Origin: Clostridia bacterium
GTDB lineage: Bacteria; Bacillota; Clostridia; Oscillospirales; CAG-272
Direction: 5' to 3'
Assembly (NCBI GenBank): GCA_017504625.1
Contig: JAFVQU010000012.1
Coordinates: 13,112 to 77,111, forward strand
DNA length: 64,000 nucleotides
A program made the position numbers and the translations under genes. A model generated the notes under the pieces. The model saw only the letters and a list, made by a program, of their open reading frames with translations. It did not search any database and was not told the origin of the DNA. Of this stretch, positions 37,229 through 47,572 are shown one piece after another. Numbering within the stretch: the stretch's first letter is position 1; each line of letters begins with the position of its first letter.

Positions 37229-38515
37229 ATGAACGAGCAAAGCAAATTTTCAAGAATAATCGACGGCGTAAAAATTCTCCTTTTCGTTACGGTGATGATT
37301 GCGGGATTTATTATCGGCCTTGCGTTTTTCGCCCGACCCGACAAGTCTGAAAATGAAAAGCGAGAGCTTACAAAATTCCCGGAATTCACGCTTTCAAGCT
37401 TTCTCTCGGGTGATTTTACAAGTCAGGTCAGCCTTTGGTATTCCGACACCTATCCCTTGCGCGAGCCGATGATTCTCGCGAGCAACGCTCTTGAACAGAA
37501 TCTTTACGGCATCCGTGACGAGCAGTATATCGGCGGCGGAGAGGGCGACGATATTCCCGACGAGCCTATTAACTCCGACAAGGAGGTAATCTTCAACCCC
37601 ACCGACGACGGTAAGGGTGAGCGCTTTGAGGGCTTGTACCTAAACGGCAGCACCGCATATCAGCTCTACTTCTTCAACAAGCAGAATTCTGACTCCTACG
37701 CCGCTCTTATAAATCAGTTCGCATCACAGGTCAAGGGAAAAGCAACTGTTTACGACATGATCGTGCCCTTGCACTATCAGATCGCGCTCCCCGAGGAAAC
37801 ACGCGACAAGTACGGCGCATCGGATTGCGAAGATGCTATCGACTATATGTACTCGCTTCTATCCAATGAGATCGTAACGGTCGACACGCTTCCGAATCTT
37901 ATTTCTCACAACGACGAATACCTTTATTTCCGTACCGACCACCATTGGACTGCGCGAGGCGCATATTACGCCTACGAGGCGTTTTGTAACCGCAAGGGTA
38001 TTTCCCCCACACCGCTTGAAAACTACCAGAGAGTAGAATTTGACGGCTTCCTCGGCACATTCTACGAGCAAGCGAAGTCGCCCGTGGCTATGAAAGACAA
38101 TCCCGACTACGTTGAAGCCTTCGTACCGATCGGCGTCAACGAGGAAACGGTATACGATTCCGAAGGAAACGTGATCGGCGAATACGCGGTAGTCTACAAG
38201 GGCGCAGGAAAATACACCGCGGGAAACAAATATCTCTGCTTCATTGCGGGCGACCAGCCGCTCACAAAGATCGAAAACCCCAACATTAACAACGGTTCGT
38301 CGATAGTGGTAGTCAAGGAATCCTACGGAAACGCATTCGTTCCCTTCCTCGTTGACTCTTATCAGACCGTATACGTTATAGATTACAGAAAGTGGGACGG
38401 CAAGCTTGCTGATTTCGTGCTTGAAAACTCGGTTGACGACGTTCTTTTCCTCAACGTAGTAAACACCACCTCAACCGGCGCGCGCCTGCTTGAGCTTCAG
38501 TCTATAATTGAATAA
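37229..38515 (+). CDS. DHHW-family (AlgJ/PatB-like) extracellular O-acetyltransferase partner
   Basis: N-terminal TM, ENEKRELT, YFRTDHHWT, KESYGN, VIDYR. Confidence 0.85.
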   Translation: MNEQSKFSRIIDGVKILLFVTVMIAGFIIGLAFFARPDKSENEKRELTKFPEFTLSSFLSGDFTSQVSLWYSDTYPLREPMILASNALEQNLYGIRDEQYIGGGEGDDIPDEPINSDKEVIFNPTDDGKGERFEGLYLNGSTAYQLYFFNKQNSDSYAALINQFASQVKGKATVYDMIVPLHYQIALPEETRDKYGASDCEDAIDYMYSLLSNEIVTVDTLPNLISHNDEYLYFRTDHHWTARGAYYAYEAFCNRKGISPTPLENYQRVEFDGFLGTFYEQAKSPVAMKDNPDYVEAFVPIGVNEETVYDSEGNVIGEYAVVYKGAGKYTAGNKYLCFIAGDQPLTKIENPNINNGSSIVVVKESYGNAFVPFLVDSYQTVYVIDYRKWDGKLADFVLENSVDDVLFLNVVNTTSTGARLLELQSIIE

Positions 38516-38548
38516 AAAAATCTCCGCGATATTCGCGGAGATTTTTTT
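38514..38548. terminator. Bidirectional terminator
   Basis: aaaaaaatctccgcga-tat-tcgcggagattttttt. Confidence 0.8.
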
Positions 38549-38560
38549 GCTTCCTGCTTA

Positions 38561-40015
38561 TTACTTTACGTTCTTGAAGAACCTCTTAAGCTTATTGTTA
38601 ATAGATGTCTGGCAACCTGCTACGTAGGAAGAAAGATTTGCATTGGTTCCCTCCTGGGTGAGCTTACTCAAGCAGTACAGGTACTCGTTGCTGTCCTTGA
38701 TTACCGAATAGTAGGTAAGCGCAAGCTCGGAGCAAACGCTGTCCCATACTATATCAAGCATCTTCTTATCCTCGGGCATATCTGCAACCTGCTTACCAAG
38801 CATCTTCTCATAGAATGCGGTGTTTACCTCGTCGCTGTAGTAGGAAAGCATCTCAAGCGTTTCACCGATCATCTGAGGACGGTCATTCTCTCCCATATAC
38901 GAGGGTACGCAAATATATCCGCCCCACTGAAGCGAGCGATATTCCTTCTGCGCCTCGTTATACATAGGATAAGGAAGAACACCGAAATCAACGCCGGTAG
39001 AAAGAATGTTGGAAAGCCAATATGTACCGTTTATAGTCATAAGCGCTCTGCCATTACCCATATTGGGAGCGGGCTGTTTATCAATAGGCATATACGCAAA
39101 ATCACTTCTTACGAGATTATAGAGCTTCTTTACCGCTTCATCGGTCTTTTGCTTATTCTTCTCAGTAAAGATCGCCATAACGTAATTGCCTCTGTCATCC
39201 TGCTCTATAAGTTGGATTCCAAGTCCCTGGATCATTCCCGCATATCCGATATAGTCGGTAGAGGTAACGAATCCAAAGGTATCGTCGTCGGTCTTACCGT
39301 TAGACTCGGCGTCGATATAAACAAGCTCTGCTACCGAGATCATCTTGTCAAGTGTCCAGCGGTAATTCTCAACAGTCTCATAAAGGCTTTCATCAAGCTG
39401 ATCCTCGTATCTTGCAAGCAGCTCCTTGTTAAAGGTAATAACGTGAGTGTAGAAAATGTTAAAATCGCTAAAGCCGAGGTAGAAATGACCGTTAGCGGAG
39501 ATCTCATCCATAACGTCGTACTTCCAATAATCTGCGTATAGGTCAAGCTCGGGCATATCCTGAAAGTCGGTAAGGTAGTTACCGGTAATAAAACCGTCTA
39601 TACCGTAATAAACGTGGGATACGAGCGTATCGACAGAGCCATCCTTGATCTTAACCGCGTTCTTGAAGGGCTCAACGTATCTGTTCTCACCGTCGGTCTT
39701 AACTCCGACGATCTCAACGCCAAGATATTTTCTGACGTTCTCCTGACGGTTATAAAGAGCATTTGAAAGCACAGCGTCGCCTGCTTCCTCTACCCAATAA
39801 AAGTCCATGGGGTTAACGTCGGGAAGAATGTTGAGGTAGAACTCCTCGCCGTAGTTATTTTTTTCAATTTCGGGCAAATACTCGTCTTCGGGCACATCGC
39901 TTGCATCGGGAGCAGAAGTAGTTACCTCGGGATCAGTCTCACCGCAACCCACGAAAACCGAAACCGACATTACAAAAATTAGCAAAATCGCCAAAATTCT
40001 TACATAGCTTTTCAT
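38561..40015 (-). CDS. Extracellular solute-binding lipoprotein, paralog 1
   Basis: Lipobox FVGC; FNK, WTLDKM and FGVLPYP motifs; own TTGACA-17-TAAAAT promoter at 40060-40088. Confidence 0.8.
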   Translation of the reverse strand: MKSYVRILAILLIFVMSVSVFVGCGETDPEVTTSAPDASDVPEDEYLPEIEKNNYGEEFYLNILPDVNPMDFYWVEEAGDAVLSNALYNRQENVRKYLGVEIVGVKTDGENRYVEPFKNAVKIKDGSVDTLVSHVYYGIDGFITGNYLTDFQDMPELDLYADYWKYDVMDEISANGHFYLGFSDFNIFYTHVITFNKELLARYEDQLDESLYETVENYRWTLDKMISVAELVYIDAESNGKTDDDTFGFVTSTDYIGYAGMIQGLGIQLIEQDDRGNYVMAIFTEKNKQKTDEAVKKLYNLVRSDFAYMPIDKQPAPNMGNGRALMTINGTYWLSNILSTGVDFGVLPYPMYNEAQKEYRSLQWGGYICVPSYMGENDRPQMIGETLEMLSYYSDEVNTAFYEKMLGKQVADMPEDKKMLDIVWDSVCSELALTYYSVIKDSNEYLYCLSKLTQEGTNANLSSYVAGCQTSINNKLKRFFKNVK

Positions 40016-40184
40016 ACTTACTATCCTTTCATAATGAAAAATCACAACATATCTATTACATTTTATCATACATCATAGTAAGTGTCAAGTATATTCCCCC
40101 AAATCTCCCAATTCACACAAAATTTGCAATAGCAATTTTTGCAATATAAAAGCGGCAGAAAATTCTGCCGCTTTGCTTTTTAAA

Positions 40185-41642
40185 TTATTTTACTTCCTTA
40201 ACAAATTGCTTGAAGTTCTTCTGAATGGTGCTCTCGCAACCGCCTACGAAGGATGCAAGATTGGTGGTAGAATCTGCCTTGGTTACTCTGGGAAGAACGT
40301 AAAGCACGTCGGTCTTGAGAACTACCGAGAAGTAGGTCTGTCCGGCATCAGAGCATACGCTGTCCCAAATAACGTCAAACATTCTTCTATCCTCGGGAGC
40401 ATCCGCAACCTGCTTACCGAGAAGCTTCTCGTAGTATGCGGTTGCAACGTCGTCACTGTAATAGCAGAGCATCTCAAGCGTTTCACCGATCATCTGAGGA
40501 CGGTCGCCCTCACCCATGTAGGAAGGAACGCAAAGGTATCCACCCCACTGAAGCGAACGGTAACCAACATTCTTCTGCGCCTCATTGTACATCGGGAAAG
40601 GAAGAACTCCGAACTCTACTCCGCTCGAGAGATATCCCTTAAGCCAGGGAGTTCCCGAAACCTCCATAAGTGCTCTTCCGGAGGTCATCTGTGGGTAAGA
40701 ATAGTCATTTCTGAAGCAAGCGTAATCGCTGAGAGCAAGATTCTTGATCTTATCGCAAAGATCACTCATCTTCTGCTTGTTAGCTTCGTTATAGAAGGAA
40801 ATGCCGTAAATTCCTCTCTCATCCTGCTCGATAATGTTTATATCGCTCGCCTGCATAAAGCCGATAAAGGGAACGCTCTGGAATCCTACTATACCGTACT
40901 GGTCATCGTCGGTCTTACCGTCGGAGTTATTGTCGATATATCCAAGGCTTGCGATGCTGATCATCTGATCAAGAGTCCAATGGTAGTTATCAACCATCTC
41001 GTAGATGCTCTCGTCAAACTGATCCTCGTACTTTGCAAGGATCTCCTTGTTAAAGGTAATAACGTGAGTATAGAGAATATTGAGGTCACCGAATCCAAGA
41101 TAGAGACGGCCGTTGATACCGATATCCTCCATGAATTGAAGCTTCCAATAATCAGCGTTAAGATTAATCTCGGGAATATCGTTAAAATCCATAATATAAT
41201 TTCCCGTGATAAAGCCGTCTATTCCGTAATAAACGTGCGACACGAGAAGGTCAACCGAGCCGTCCTTGATCTGAACCGCGCTCTTGAAGGGCTGAACGTA
41301 TCTGTCCTCGCTCTCGGTATCACTACCTACGACCTCAACGCCGAGATATTTTCTTACGTTTTCCTGACGGTTATAAACCGCCTCGGACAAAGCGTCATTC
41401 TTACTTTCTGCCACCCAATAAGTATCAACGGGGTTAGAATCTCCCATGATCCAGAAGAAGAACTCCTCGTTGTAGTTATTCTTCTCAACGTCGGGCTTAA
41501 ATTCTCTATCTTCGTCAATTTCCACGGAGTCACTGTTGCCTGAACCGTCTTCTACCACTGATTCATTTCCGCAAGCGGCGAATACGGACACAAGCATCAC
41601 GATTGCAATTAAGAATGCGATCAACTTGAAATAATTTTTCAT
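40185..41642 (-). CDS. Extracellular solute-binding lipoprotein, paralog 2
   Basis: Lipobox FAAC; shares long blocks with paralog 1; promoter at 41702-41730. Confidence 0.8.
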   Translation of the reverse strand: MKNYFKLIAFLIAIVMLVSVFAACGNESVVEDGSGNSDSVEIDEDREFKPDVEKNNYNEEFFFWIMGDSNPVDTYWVAESKNDALSEAVYNRQENVRKYLGVEVVGSDTESEDRYVQPFKSAVQIKDGSVDLLVSHVYYGIDGFITGNYIMDFNDIPEINLNADYWKLQFMEDIGINGRLYLGFGDLNILYTHVITFNKEILAKYEDQFDESIYEMVDNYHWTLDQMISIASLGYIDNNSDGKTDDDQYGIVGFQSVPFIGFMQASDINIIEQDERGIYGISFYNEANKQKMSDLCDKIKNLALSDYACFRNDYSYPQMTSGRALMEVSGTPWLKGYLSSGVEFGVLPFPMYNEAQKNVGYRSLQWGGYLCVPSYMGEGDRPQMIGETLEMLCYYSDDVATAYYEKLLGKQVADAPEDRRMFDVIWDSVCSDAGQTYFSVVLKTDVLYVLPRVTKADSTTNLASFVGGCESTIQKNFKQFVKEVK

Positions 41643-41791
41643 TTCATTCAACCTTTCCTGAAAACAATAATTCCCTGTAAAACAAGAGGGCGTACGCATT
41701 AATTTTAGCATACACCCTCAAAATTGTCAAGTTGTAAGCGGAAATTTTTACAACTATATATTAAATATTAACATTTATATCACAATTAACG

Positions 41792-43246
41792 TCACTTTAT
41801 GCTATTGAAAAACTTTTTCAATCCGTTGTTTGCAGATGCTTCATTAGTTGCATTAAAGGATGCGAGATTCTGCGTGGAGCCCTCTCTTATGATAGATGGA
41901 ATCATAAATGAGTATCCCGTCTTGTTCATTGCAGAGCCATATGTCAGACCAAAGTCGGAACACACACTATCCCAAACGATATTCAGCATCTCCTTATCAA
42001 GAGGAGCATCCGCAACCTGCTTTCCAAGAAGCTTTTCATAGTACGCAACGTTTACCTTGTCGCTGAAAAAGGCAAGCATTTCTACGGTCTCTCCAACCAT
42101 AACGGGATCTTTGAGATAGGAGGGGATGCAGATATATCCGCCCCACCCGAGTGAGCGATATCCTACGTTTTTCTGGTTTTCATCGTACATAGGATAAGGA
42201 ATTACACCAAAGTCAATATTGTTATCAAGGAATCCGGGAAGGCTGGTGGTTCTGGAAAGGTACATAAGGCCTTTATTTTCAACGAACATCCTCGCAGGAA
42301 GCGGGATATTATCCGTGAAAAACGCGCTCTCGCTTCTGACAAGATCGTACAGCTTATCGACGAGGTCGCTTGTCTTTTGCTTATTGGTCGCGTTGTAGCA
42401 CGATACCTTATACGCTCCTCTTTCGTCCATCTCGACGATATTTATGCCGCTTGACTGTAGTAAGGACGCGGAGGGCACCTCGAGGTCGGCAAGAAGTCCA
42501 AAGGTATCATTCTCCGTCTTGCCCATTTCTCCCTCGTCAATATAAACGAGGTTAGCTATTGAGATCATTTTGTCAAGCGTCCAAGTATAATTCTGAACCA
42601 TCGTATAGAAGTCTTCGCCTATAGCGTCACTGTAACGATCAAACATCTCCTTGTTGAACGCAACAACATTGGTTCTGAGAATGTTGTACTCACTGAAGCC
42701 AAGGTACATACGTCCCTTTACGGACAGCTCATCCATAAAGTCATACTTCCAATAATCCGCGCTAAGATCTATTTCGGGAATATCGTTATAGTCGGTGAGA
42801 TAATTGCCGGTGATAAAGCCGTCAATACCGTAAAAAACATGGGTAAGCAGCATATGGACGGAATCGTCCTTGTTCATTACCGCTGCCTTGAAGGGCGCAA
42901 CGTATCTATCCTCTCCGTCGGTTGTCTTGGCAAATATTTCAGTACCAAGATACTTGCGGACTCTTTCCTGACGGGTGTATACAGCCTCGGACATAGCGTC
43001 GCTTCTGCTCTCCGCTACCCAATAAAGATCAGGTTGGTTAGTATCAGGTGAGATCGAAATATAAAATTCTGTGTCATAATTCTTTTTTGCAATGGATGGA
43101 TGAACTTCGCGAGAAGTCGAATCAGATGACTGAGTTTCGCTTTCCGCTGTGGTAATCTCCTCGTTCACACCGCCACACGACGCAAGTATACTGAGCGACA
43201 TCATTAATGCCAGAACAAGTACGGCTATCTTTATGACAGATTTCAT
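41792..43246 (-). CDS. Extracellular solute-binding lipoprotein, paralog 3
   Basis: Lipobox LASC; same conserved blocks; promoter near 43304-43331. Confidence 0.8.
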   Translation of the reverse strand: MKSVIKIAVLVLALMMSLSILASCGGVNEEITTAESETQSSDSTSREVHPSIAKKNYDTEFYISISPDTNQPDLYWVAESRSDAMSEAVYTRQERVRKYLGTEIFAKTTDGEDRYVAPFKAAVMNKDDSVHMLLTHVFYGIDGFITGNYLTDYNDIPEIDLSADYWKYDFMDELSVKGRMYLGFSEYNILRTNVVAFNKEMFDRYSDAIGEDFYTMVQNYTWTLDKMISIANLVYIDEGEMGKTENDTFGLLADLEVPSASLLQSSGINIVEMDERGAYKVSCYNATNKQKTSDLVDKLYDLVRSESAFFTDNIPLPARMFVENKGLMYLSRTTSLPGFLDNNIDFGVIPYPMYDENQKNVGYRSLGWGGYICIPSYLKDPVMVGETVEMLAFFSDKVNVAYYEKLLGKQVADAPLDKEMLNIVWDSVCSDFGLTYGSAMNKTGYSFMIPSIIREGSTQNLASFNATNEASANNGLKKFFNSIK

Positions 43247-43545
43247 AGTACTCCCCCTTAAAAAGTTTATCAGAAACAATATAGTGTTCTCTACTAATAC
43301 ACATTTTATCACCACAAAAAAATCTTGTCAAGCGGAGTTTTACACTTAGGTAATTTTTAGCAGTTTGTATTATTTGTTTTACCAATTTTCATAGTGCGCT
43401 ACTCTTTATACAACCGCTTTTTACAGTTTCTATGCACCATATATTTATTTTTTCATACTATTTTAACAGCGAGTGCATATCACGCTTGAAAAAACATAAA
43501 AAATGTGCTATAATTCGCATATACGGAAAGATGAGGTGTAATTTT

Positions 43546-44061
43546 ATGAATAACTACCGCGAAATTTCTCCCGAGGAGCTTTCCTGCTCCCCCATCAAGC
43601 TTATCGGAAAGGATTGGCTGCTCATAACCGCCCCCGACTCGACCAAGGAGTGCGGCGCAAACGCTATGACGGCAAGCTGGGGTGGACTCGGCGTGCTTTG
43701 GAGCTTACCAGTTGCCACGATTTACGTTCGTCCTCAAAGATATACCTACTCTCTTGTCGAAAACGAGGACGAAATATCGCTCTGCTTCCCCTCAGAAAAA
43801 TATCGCAAGGCGCTCGGTCTCTGCGGCACGAAATCGGGACGCGATTGCGATAAAATAGCAGAGGCGGGACTAACGGTAAAAAAGGTGGACGGTGTACCCG
43901 TGATCGATGATTCAGAGCTTATCCTGATCTGTAAAAAGCTCTACGCCGACGATATCAAAAAAGAAAATTTCGTTGACGAGCATCCGCTTTCTCACTACGA
44001 AAAAAATGATTTTCACCGCTTCTACGTGCTTGAAATAAAGAAGGTTCTCGTTAAGGACTGA
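43546..44061 (+). CDS. Flavin reductase family protein
   Basis: NAMTASWGG, VRPQRYT, CGTKSGRD; SD gaggtg. Confidence 0.9.
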   Translation: MNNYREISPEELSCSPIKLIGKDWLLITAPDSTKECGANAMTASWGGLGVLWSLPVATIYVRPQRYTYSLVENEDEISLCFPSEKYRKALGLCGTKSGRDCDKIAEAGLTVKKVDGVPVIDDSELILICKKLYADDIKKENFVDEHPLSHYEKNDFHRFYVLEIKKVLVKD

Positions 44062-44114
44062 CCTTCCGCCATTTAAATTCACCGCACGGCTACAAATCAA
44101 TAAATTCTATCCTG

Positions 44115-44152
44115 AAAGGTTTTTGGTGCCGCCTTTTTGCAAAAAGGCGGCA
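44115..44152 (+). repeat. REP-like hairpin repeat, copy 1
   Basis: aaaggtttttgg + tgccgccttttt-gc-aaaaaggcggca. Confidence 0.75.
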
Positions 44153-44173
44153 AAATCCCAAATAAAAACAACT

Positions 44174-44722
44174 ATGAAACTAATAATTGCATCTGATATC
44201 CACGGCGGAGCAGAATGCTGCCGTGCTCTGCTTGACGCGGCGGAGCGCGAGCGCGCGGACAAAATACTCCTGCTTGGAGATATACTCTATCACGGCCCTC
44301 GCAACGATCTGCCCGCCGATTACGCACCCAAAAAGGTCATCGAAATGCTCAACTCTATAAAGGACAAGCTCATATGTGTCAAGGGCAACTGCGAGAGCGA
44401 GGTAGACCAGATGGTGCTTGATTTCCCGATCATGCAGGAAAGCGCGCTCGTTTACGACGGCGAGTCCGACCTTACCTTATTCATGTCACACGGGCACAAA
44501 TTTTCGCCCGCCATTCTCCCTCCCCTGCCCGCAAGATCGGTGTTCCTCTATGGCCATACTCACGTAAAAAAGGTCGAAAGAGTCGGTGATACGGTTTGTC
44601 TTAATCCCGGATCGGTAACACTGCCTAAGGAAAATAACCCAAAGACCTACGCGACCTATCAAAGCGGAAAAATTGAAATAAAAACACTCGACGGCGACAT
44701 TTGTGACACTGTTTCATTATGA
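44174..44722 (+). CDS. yfcE: Metallophosphodiesterase, YfcE family
   Basis: SDIHG, GDILYHGPRN, GNC, HGH, GHTH, NPGS. Confidence 0.9.
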   Translation: MKLIIASDIHGGAECCRALLDAAERERADKILLLGDILYHGPRNDLPADYAPKKVIEMLNSIKDKLICVKGNCESEVDQMVLDFPIMQESALVYDGESDLTLFMSHGHKFSPAILPPLPARSVFLYGHTHVKKVERVGDTVCLNPGSVTLPKENNPKTYATYQSGKIEIKTLDGDICDTVSL

Positions 44723-44892
44723 TTTGAGCATAAAAACGCCCATTTTCGCTTCAAGTAACAAAAAATTTACAAAATCAAGGTTTGTCCCCCTTGCAAAAAG
44801 CGAGTTTTTGTTATATAATGAAATGTAAACTATGCAAAGTGTGTCCGCACAAACGGACAAGCAACAAAAAAGTATCTTTGGAGGTATTTATT

Positions 44893-45450
44893 ATGGTAGT
44901 AGCCGGCGATTTTAAGAACGGTATAACTTTTGAAATGGACGGTAACGTATATCAGGTTATCGAATTCCAGCACGTTAAGCCCGGTAAGGGTGCAGCTTTC
45001 GTTCGTACGAAGCTTAAGAACGTAATTTCGGGCGCAGTAGTTGAAAAGACCTTCAGCCCTACTGATAAGTATGAGAACGCATACATCGAAAGAAAGGATA
45101 TGCAGTACTCCTACAACGATGGTGACCTTTACTACTTCATGGATATGGAAACCTTCGATATGCTTCCTCTTAACTCTGACAAGCTTGGCGACGCGTTCAA
45201 GTTCGTTAAGGAAGAGATGATGTGCAAGATCATTTCCTACAAGGGCAACGTATTTGGCGTAGAGCCTCCCACATTCGTTGAGCTTGAGGTTACCGAGACC
45301 GACCCCGGCTTTGCTGGCAACACCGCTACTAACGCGCTCAAGCCCGCAACTCTTGAGACCGGCGCGATCATCAAGGTTCCGCTCTTCATCAATGTTGGCG
45401 ATACCCTTAAGATCGACACTCGTACGGGCGAATATCTCTCCCGCGCATAA
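44893..45450 (+). CDS. efp: Elongation factor P
   Basis: [32 protein letters not shown]. Confidence 0.98.
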   Translation: MVVAGDFKNGITFEMDGNVYQVIEFQHVKPGKGAAFVRTKLKNVISGAVVEKTFSPTDKYENAYIERKDMQYSYNDGDLYYFMDMETFDMLPLNSDKLGDAFKFVKEEMMCKIISYKGNVFGVEPPTFVELEVTETDPGFAGNTATNALKPATLETGAIIKVPLFINVGDTLKIDTRTGEYLSRA

Positions 45451-45459
45451 TTGAATCTA

Positions 45460-45502
45460 TAAAACGGGAGGCTTTTACAATTCGTATAAAGACTCCCGTT
45501 TT
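45460..45502 (+). terminator. Hairpin or terminator after efp
   Basis: aaaacgggaggctttta...taaagactcccgtttt. Confidence 0.6.
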
Positions 45503-45533
45503 GCTTAATCTATAAAAAGTGAGGATTTTGAAA

Positions 45534-46028
45534 ATGACACTTACCGAAAAGACTGCTTACATTAAGGGACTTTGCGACGGACTCCAGCTTGAAGGCAACA
45601 CTCCCGAGGCAAAGGTTATAAAGGCTCTCGTTGATCTCGTTAACGATATGGCTGAGGAGATCGCAGAGCTTGAAGCTGACGTTGAAAACGTTTACGACTA
45701 CTGTGACGAGCTTGACGAGGATCTCGGCGCGGTTGAGGAATACCTCATCGACGAGGCTGAGGACGACGAGTGCGATTGCTGTGGCGATTGTGACGAATGC
45801 GATTGCGAGGGCGATTGCGACGAGTGCGAGTACGGATGTGGATGCGACTGTGACTGCGATTGTGACGACTATGACGACGAGGAATACTTCGAGATAATCT
45901 GCCCCTCTTGCGGCGAAACCGTTTGCTTTGACGAATCGGTAAACGCTGAAGACCTCATCTGCCCTGCTTGCCAGAGCGAGATCGGCTGCATCGTTGACGA
46001 TGACGACGTTGATCCCGTTGAAGACTGA
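45534..46028 (+). CDS. CD1247-like acidic protein with zinc ribbon and Cys/Asp-rich insert
   Basis: AYIKGLCDGL N-terminus, CPSC and CPAC; follows efp as in many Clostridia. Confidence 0.8.
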   Translation: MTLTEKTAYIKGLCDGLQLEGNTPEAKVIKALVDLVNDMAEEIAELEADVENVYDYCDELDEDLGAVEEYLIDEAEDDECDCCGDCDECDCEGDCDECEYGCGCDCDCDCDDYDDEEYFEIICPSCGETVCFDESVNAEDLICPACQSEIGCIVDDDDVDPVED

Positions 46029-46042
46029 TAAAGCAACAAAAT

Positions 46043-46081
46043 AAATAAAGCGCAAACGCCAATGGCGTTTGCGCTTTATTT
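46043..46081. terminator. Bidirectional terminator
   Basis: aaataaagcgcaaacgcc-aat-ggcgtttgcgctttattt. Confidence 0.8.
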
Positions 46082-46808
46082 ATTTCTTCATCTGCCGCAA
46101 GAAGAGCAGCACGGCAACCGCAAGCGCGGCAACCGAGTATCCCAAAACCCACCAAAAATGAGGAAGGATATCTGAGAAGCTACCCGAAAGAACCGCCCTT
46201 TCAAGCTCCACCGCATGGACGAACGGGAGCGCGTACGCGATCTCTTTAAATACACCGCCCACAAGCTCAAGATCAAACCAAGTGCCCGAAAGCCACGCCG
46301 AAAGATTCGTCAGCAACGCTCCGCATATTCCGCCGACCTGCTTATCGTTCAGAATACTGCCGAAAAGTAAGCCAAGGGCAATAAAAAGAACCGATATCGG
46401 AACGATAAAAAGAATAGCAAGAAAAACGTTTACCGTAACCTCAAGCCCAATAGCAACAGCGACGGCATAGCAGGCTACGCTTTGCGCTACGGCGATCGGA
46501 ACGATAGGCAACGTATAACCAAGTATAAAATCAAGAGCCGTCATGGGTGTAGTATACAGTCGTTGAAGCAAGGCGCTTTCTCTGTCCTTGGCAATCAACG
46601 TCGCAGAAAAGAGCGTCATAAATGACAATCCAAACACCGTTATACCGGGTGTCAGTTGCGCGATTTCAAAAAGCGGCACAGGAACGTTTGCTTGTATCGC
46701 GCTCAAGAGCAAGAGCAATACGATCGGGAATCCCAATCCAAAAAGCAACGTCAACGGATCGCGAATTATCTCTTTGGTGTTTCTTTTTGCAAACGAGAGC
46801 ATTTTCAT
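46080..46808 (-). CDS. ABC-2 type permease
   Basis: RNTKEIIRDP, DRESALLQRLYTTP, LSGTWF; overlaps the ATPase stop. Confidence 0.9.
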   Translation of the reverse strand: MKMLSFAKRNTKEIIRDPLTLLFGLGFPIVLLLLLSAIQANVPVPLFEIAQLTPGITVFGLSFMTLFSATLIAKDRESALLQRLYTTPMTALDFILGYTLPIVPIAVAQSVACYAVAVAIGLEVTVNVFLAILFIVPISVLFIALGLLFGSILNDKQVGGICGALLTNLSAWLSGTWFDLELVGGVFKEIAYALPFVHAVELERAVLSGSFSDILPHFWWVLGYSVAALAVAVLLFLRQMKK

Positions 46809-47533
46809 AATTTCATCTCCTTTACAATGCGAACAAAGGCTTGCTCGAAGTTGTCCGTCCCCGCTTTTTCTTTTATTTTCTCCACAGTATCGCACACAAG
46901 AAGCCTGCCATCCCGCATTATCGCGACTCTGTCTGATAGCGCATCGGCCTCCTCCATATAGTGCGTGGTCAGAATGATCGTTACCTTGCCCGAAAGCGAG
47001 CGTATAAGCTCCCAAAGCTCACTTCTTGCGATAACGTCAAGTCCGAGTGTCGGCTCATCAAGAAATAGAATTTTAGGCTCGCTGATAAGAGCCATAGCTA
47101 TGCTCAATCTCCTCTGCCAGCCGCCCGACAGCTTTCCCGTCTTTCTGTCGATAACGCTTTCAAGCCCCAAGAGATTGCTGATTTCTTTTATCTTAAGAAC
47201 AGTTTTCGTCTTAGCAAATCCGTGAGCGCCGCAGATAAGCTCAAGGTTTTCCCGCACGCTGAGCTTTGGTGCAACGGCAGTTTCCTGAGGGGAAAGAGCT
47301 ATGAGCGATCTCACCTCCGCCGTGTCCTTGCGGATGCTTTTTCCAAAAATATATGCGTCACCCTCACTCGGCTCGGTAAGGCAAGACAGCATTTTAACCG
47401 TGGTCGTTTTACCCGCACCGTTTACACCAAGTAAAGAAAACAGTTCTCCCTCTCTGATGCTGAGCGATAAATTATCCACCGCCGTGACGTCACGATATCG
47501 CTTTGTAAGATTTTCTATGGTAATTGCGTCCAT
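46805..47533 (-). CDS. ABC transporter ATP-binding protein
   Basis: GVNGAGKTT, LSGGWQRR, LDEPTLGLD, TTHYMEEA. Confidence 0.93.
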   Translation of the reverse strand: MDAITIENLTKRYRDVTAVDNLSLSIREGELFSLLGVNGAGKTTTVKMLSCLTEPSEGDAYIFGKSIRKDTAEVRSLIALSPQETAVAPKLSVRENLELICGAHGFAKTKTVLKIKEISNLLGLESVIDRKTGKLSGGWQRRLSIAMALISEPKILFLDEPTLGLDVIARSELWELIRSLSGKVTIILTTHYMEEADALSDRVAIMRDGRLLVCDTVEKIKEKAGTDNFEQAFVRIVKEMKL

Positions 47534-47572
47534 TTTTCCTCCCTCAATCACACCGTACTATATTCGTTAGGT

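Noticed and set aside
35766-38515. MBOAT plus DHHW pair as a novel system
   Set aside because: Common AlgI/AlgJ-type O-acylation module in Clostridia.
40173-41543. Long antisense ORFs (also 11952-12968, 24566-25432, 49320-50309, 62374-63000)
   Set aside because: Mirror frames of well-supported genes, with no SD or recognisable motifs.
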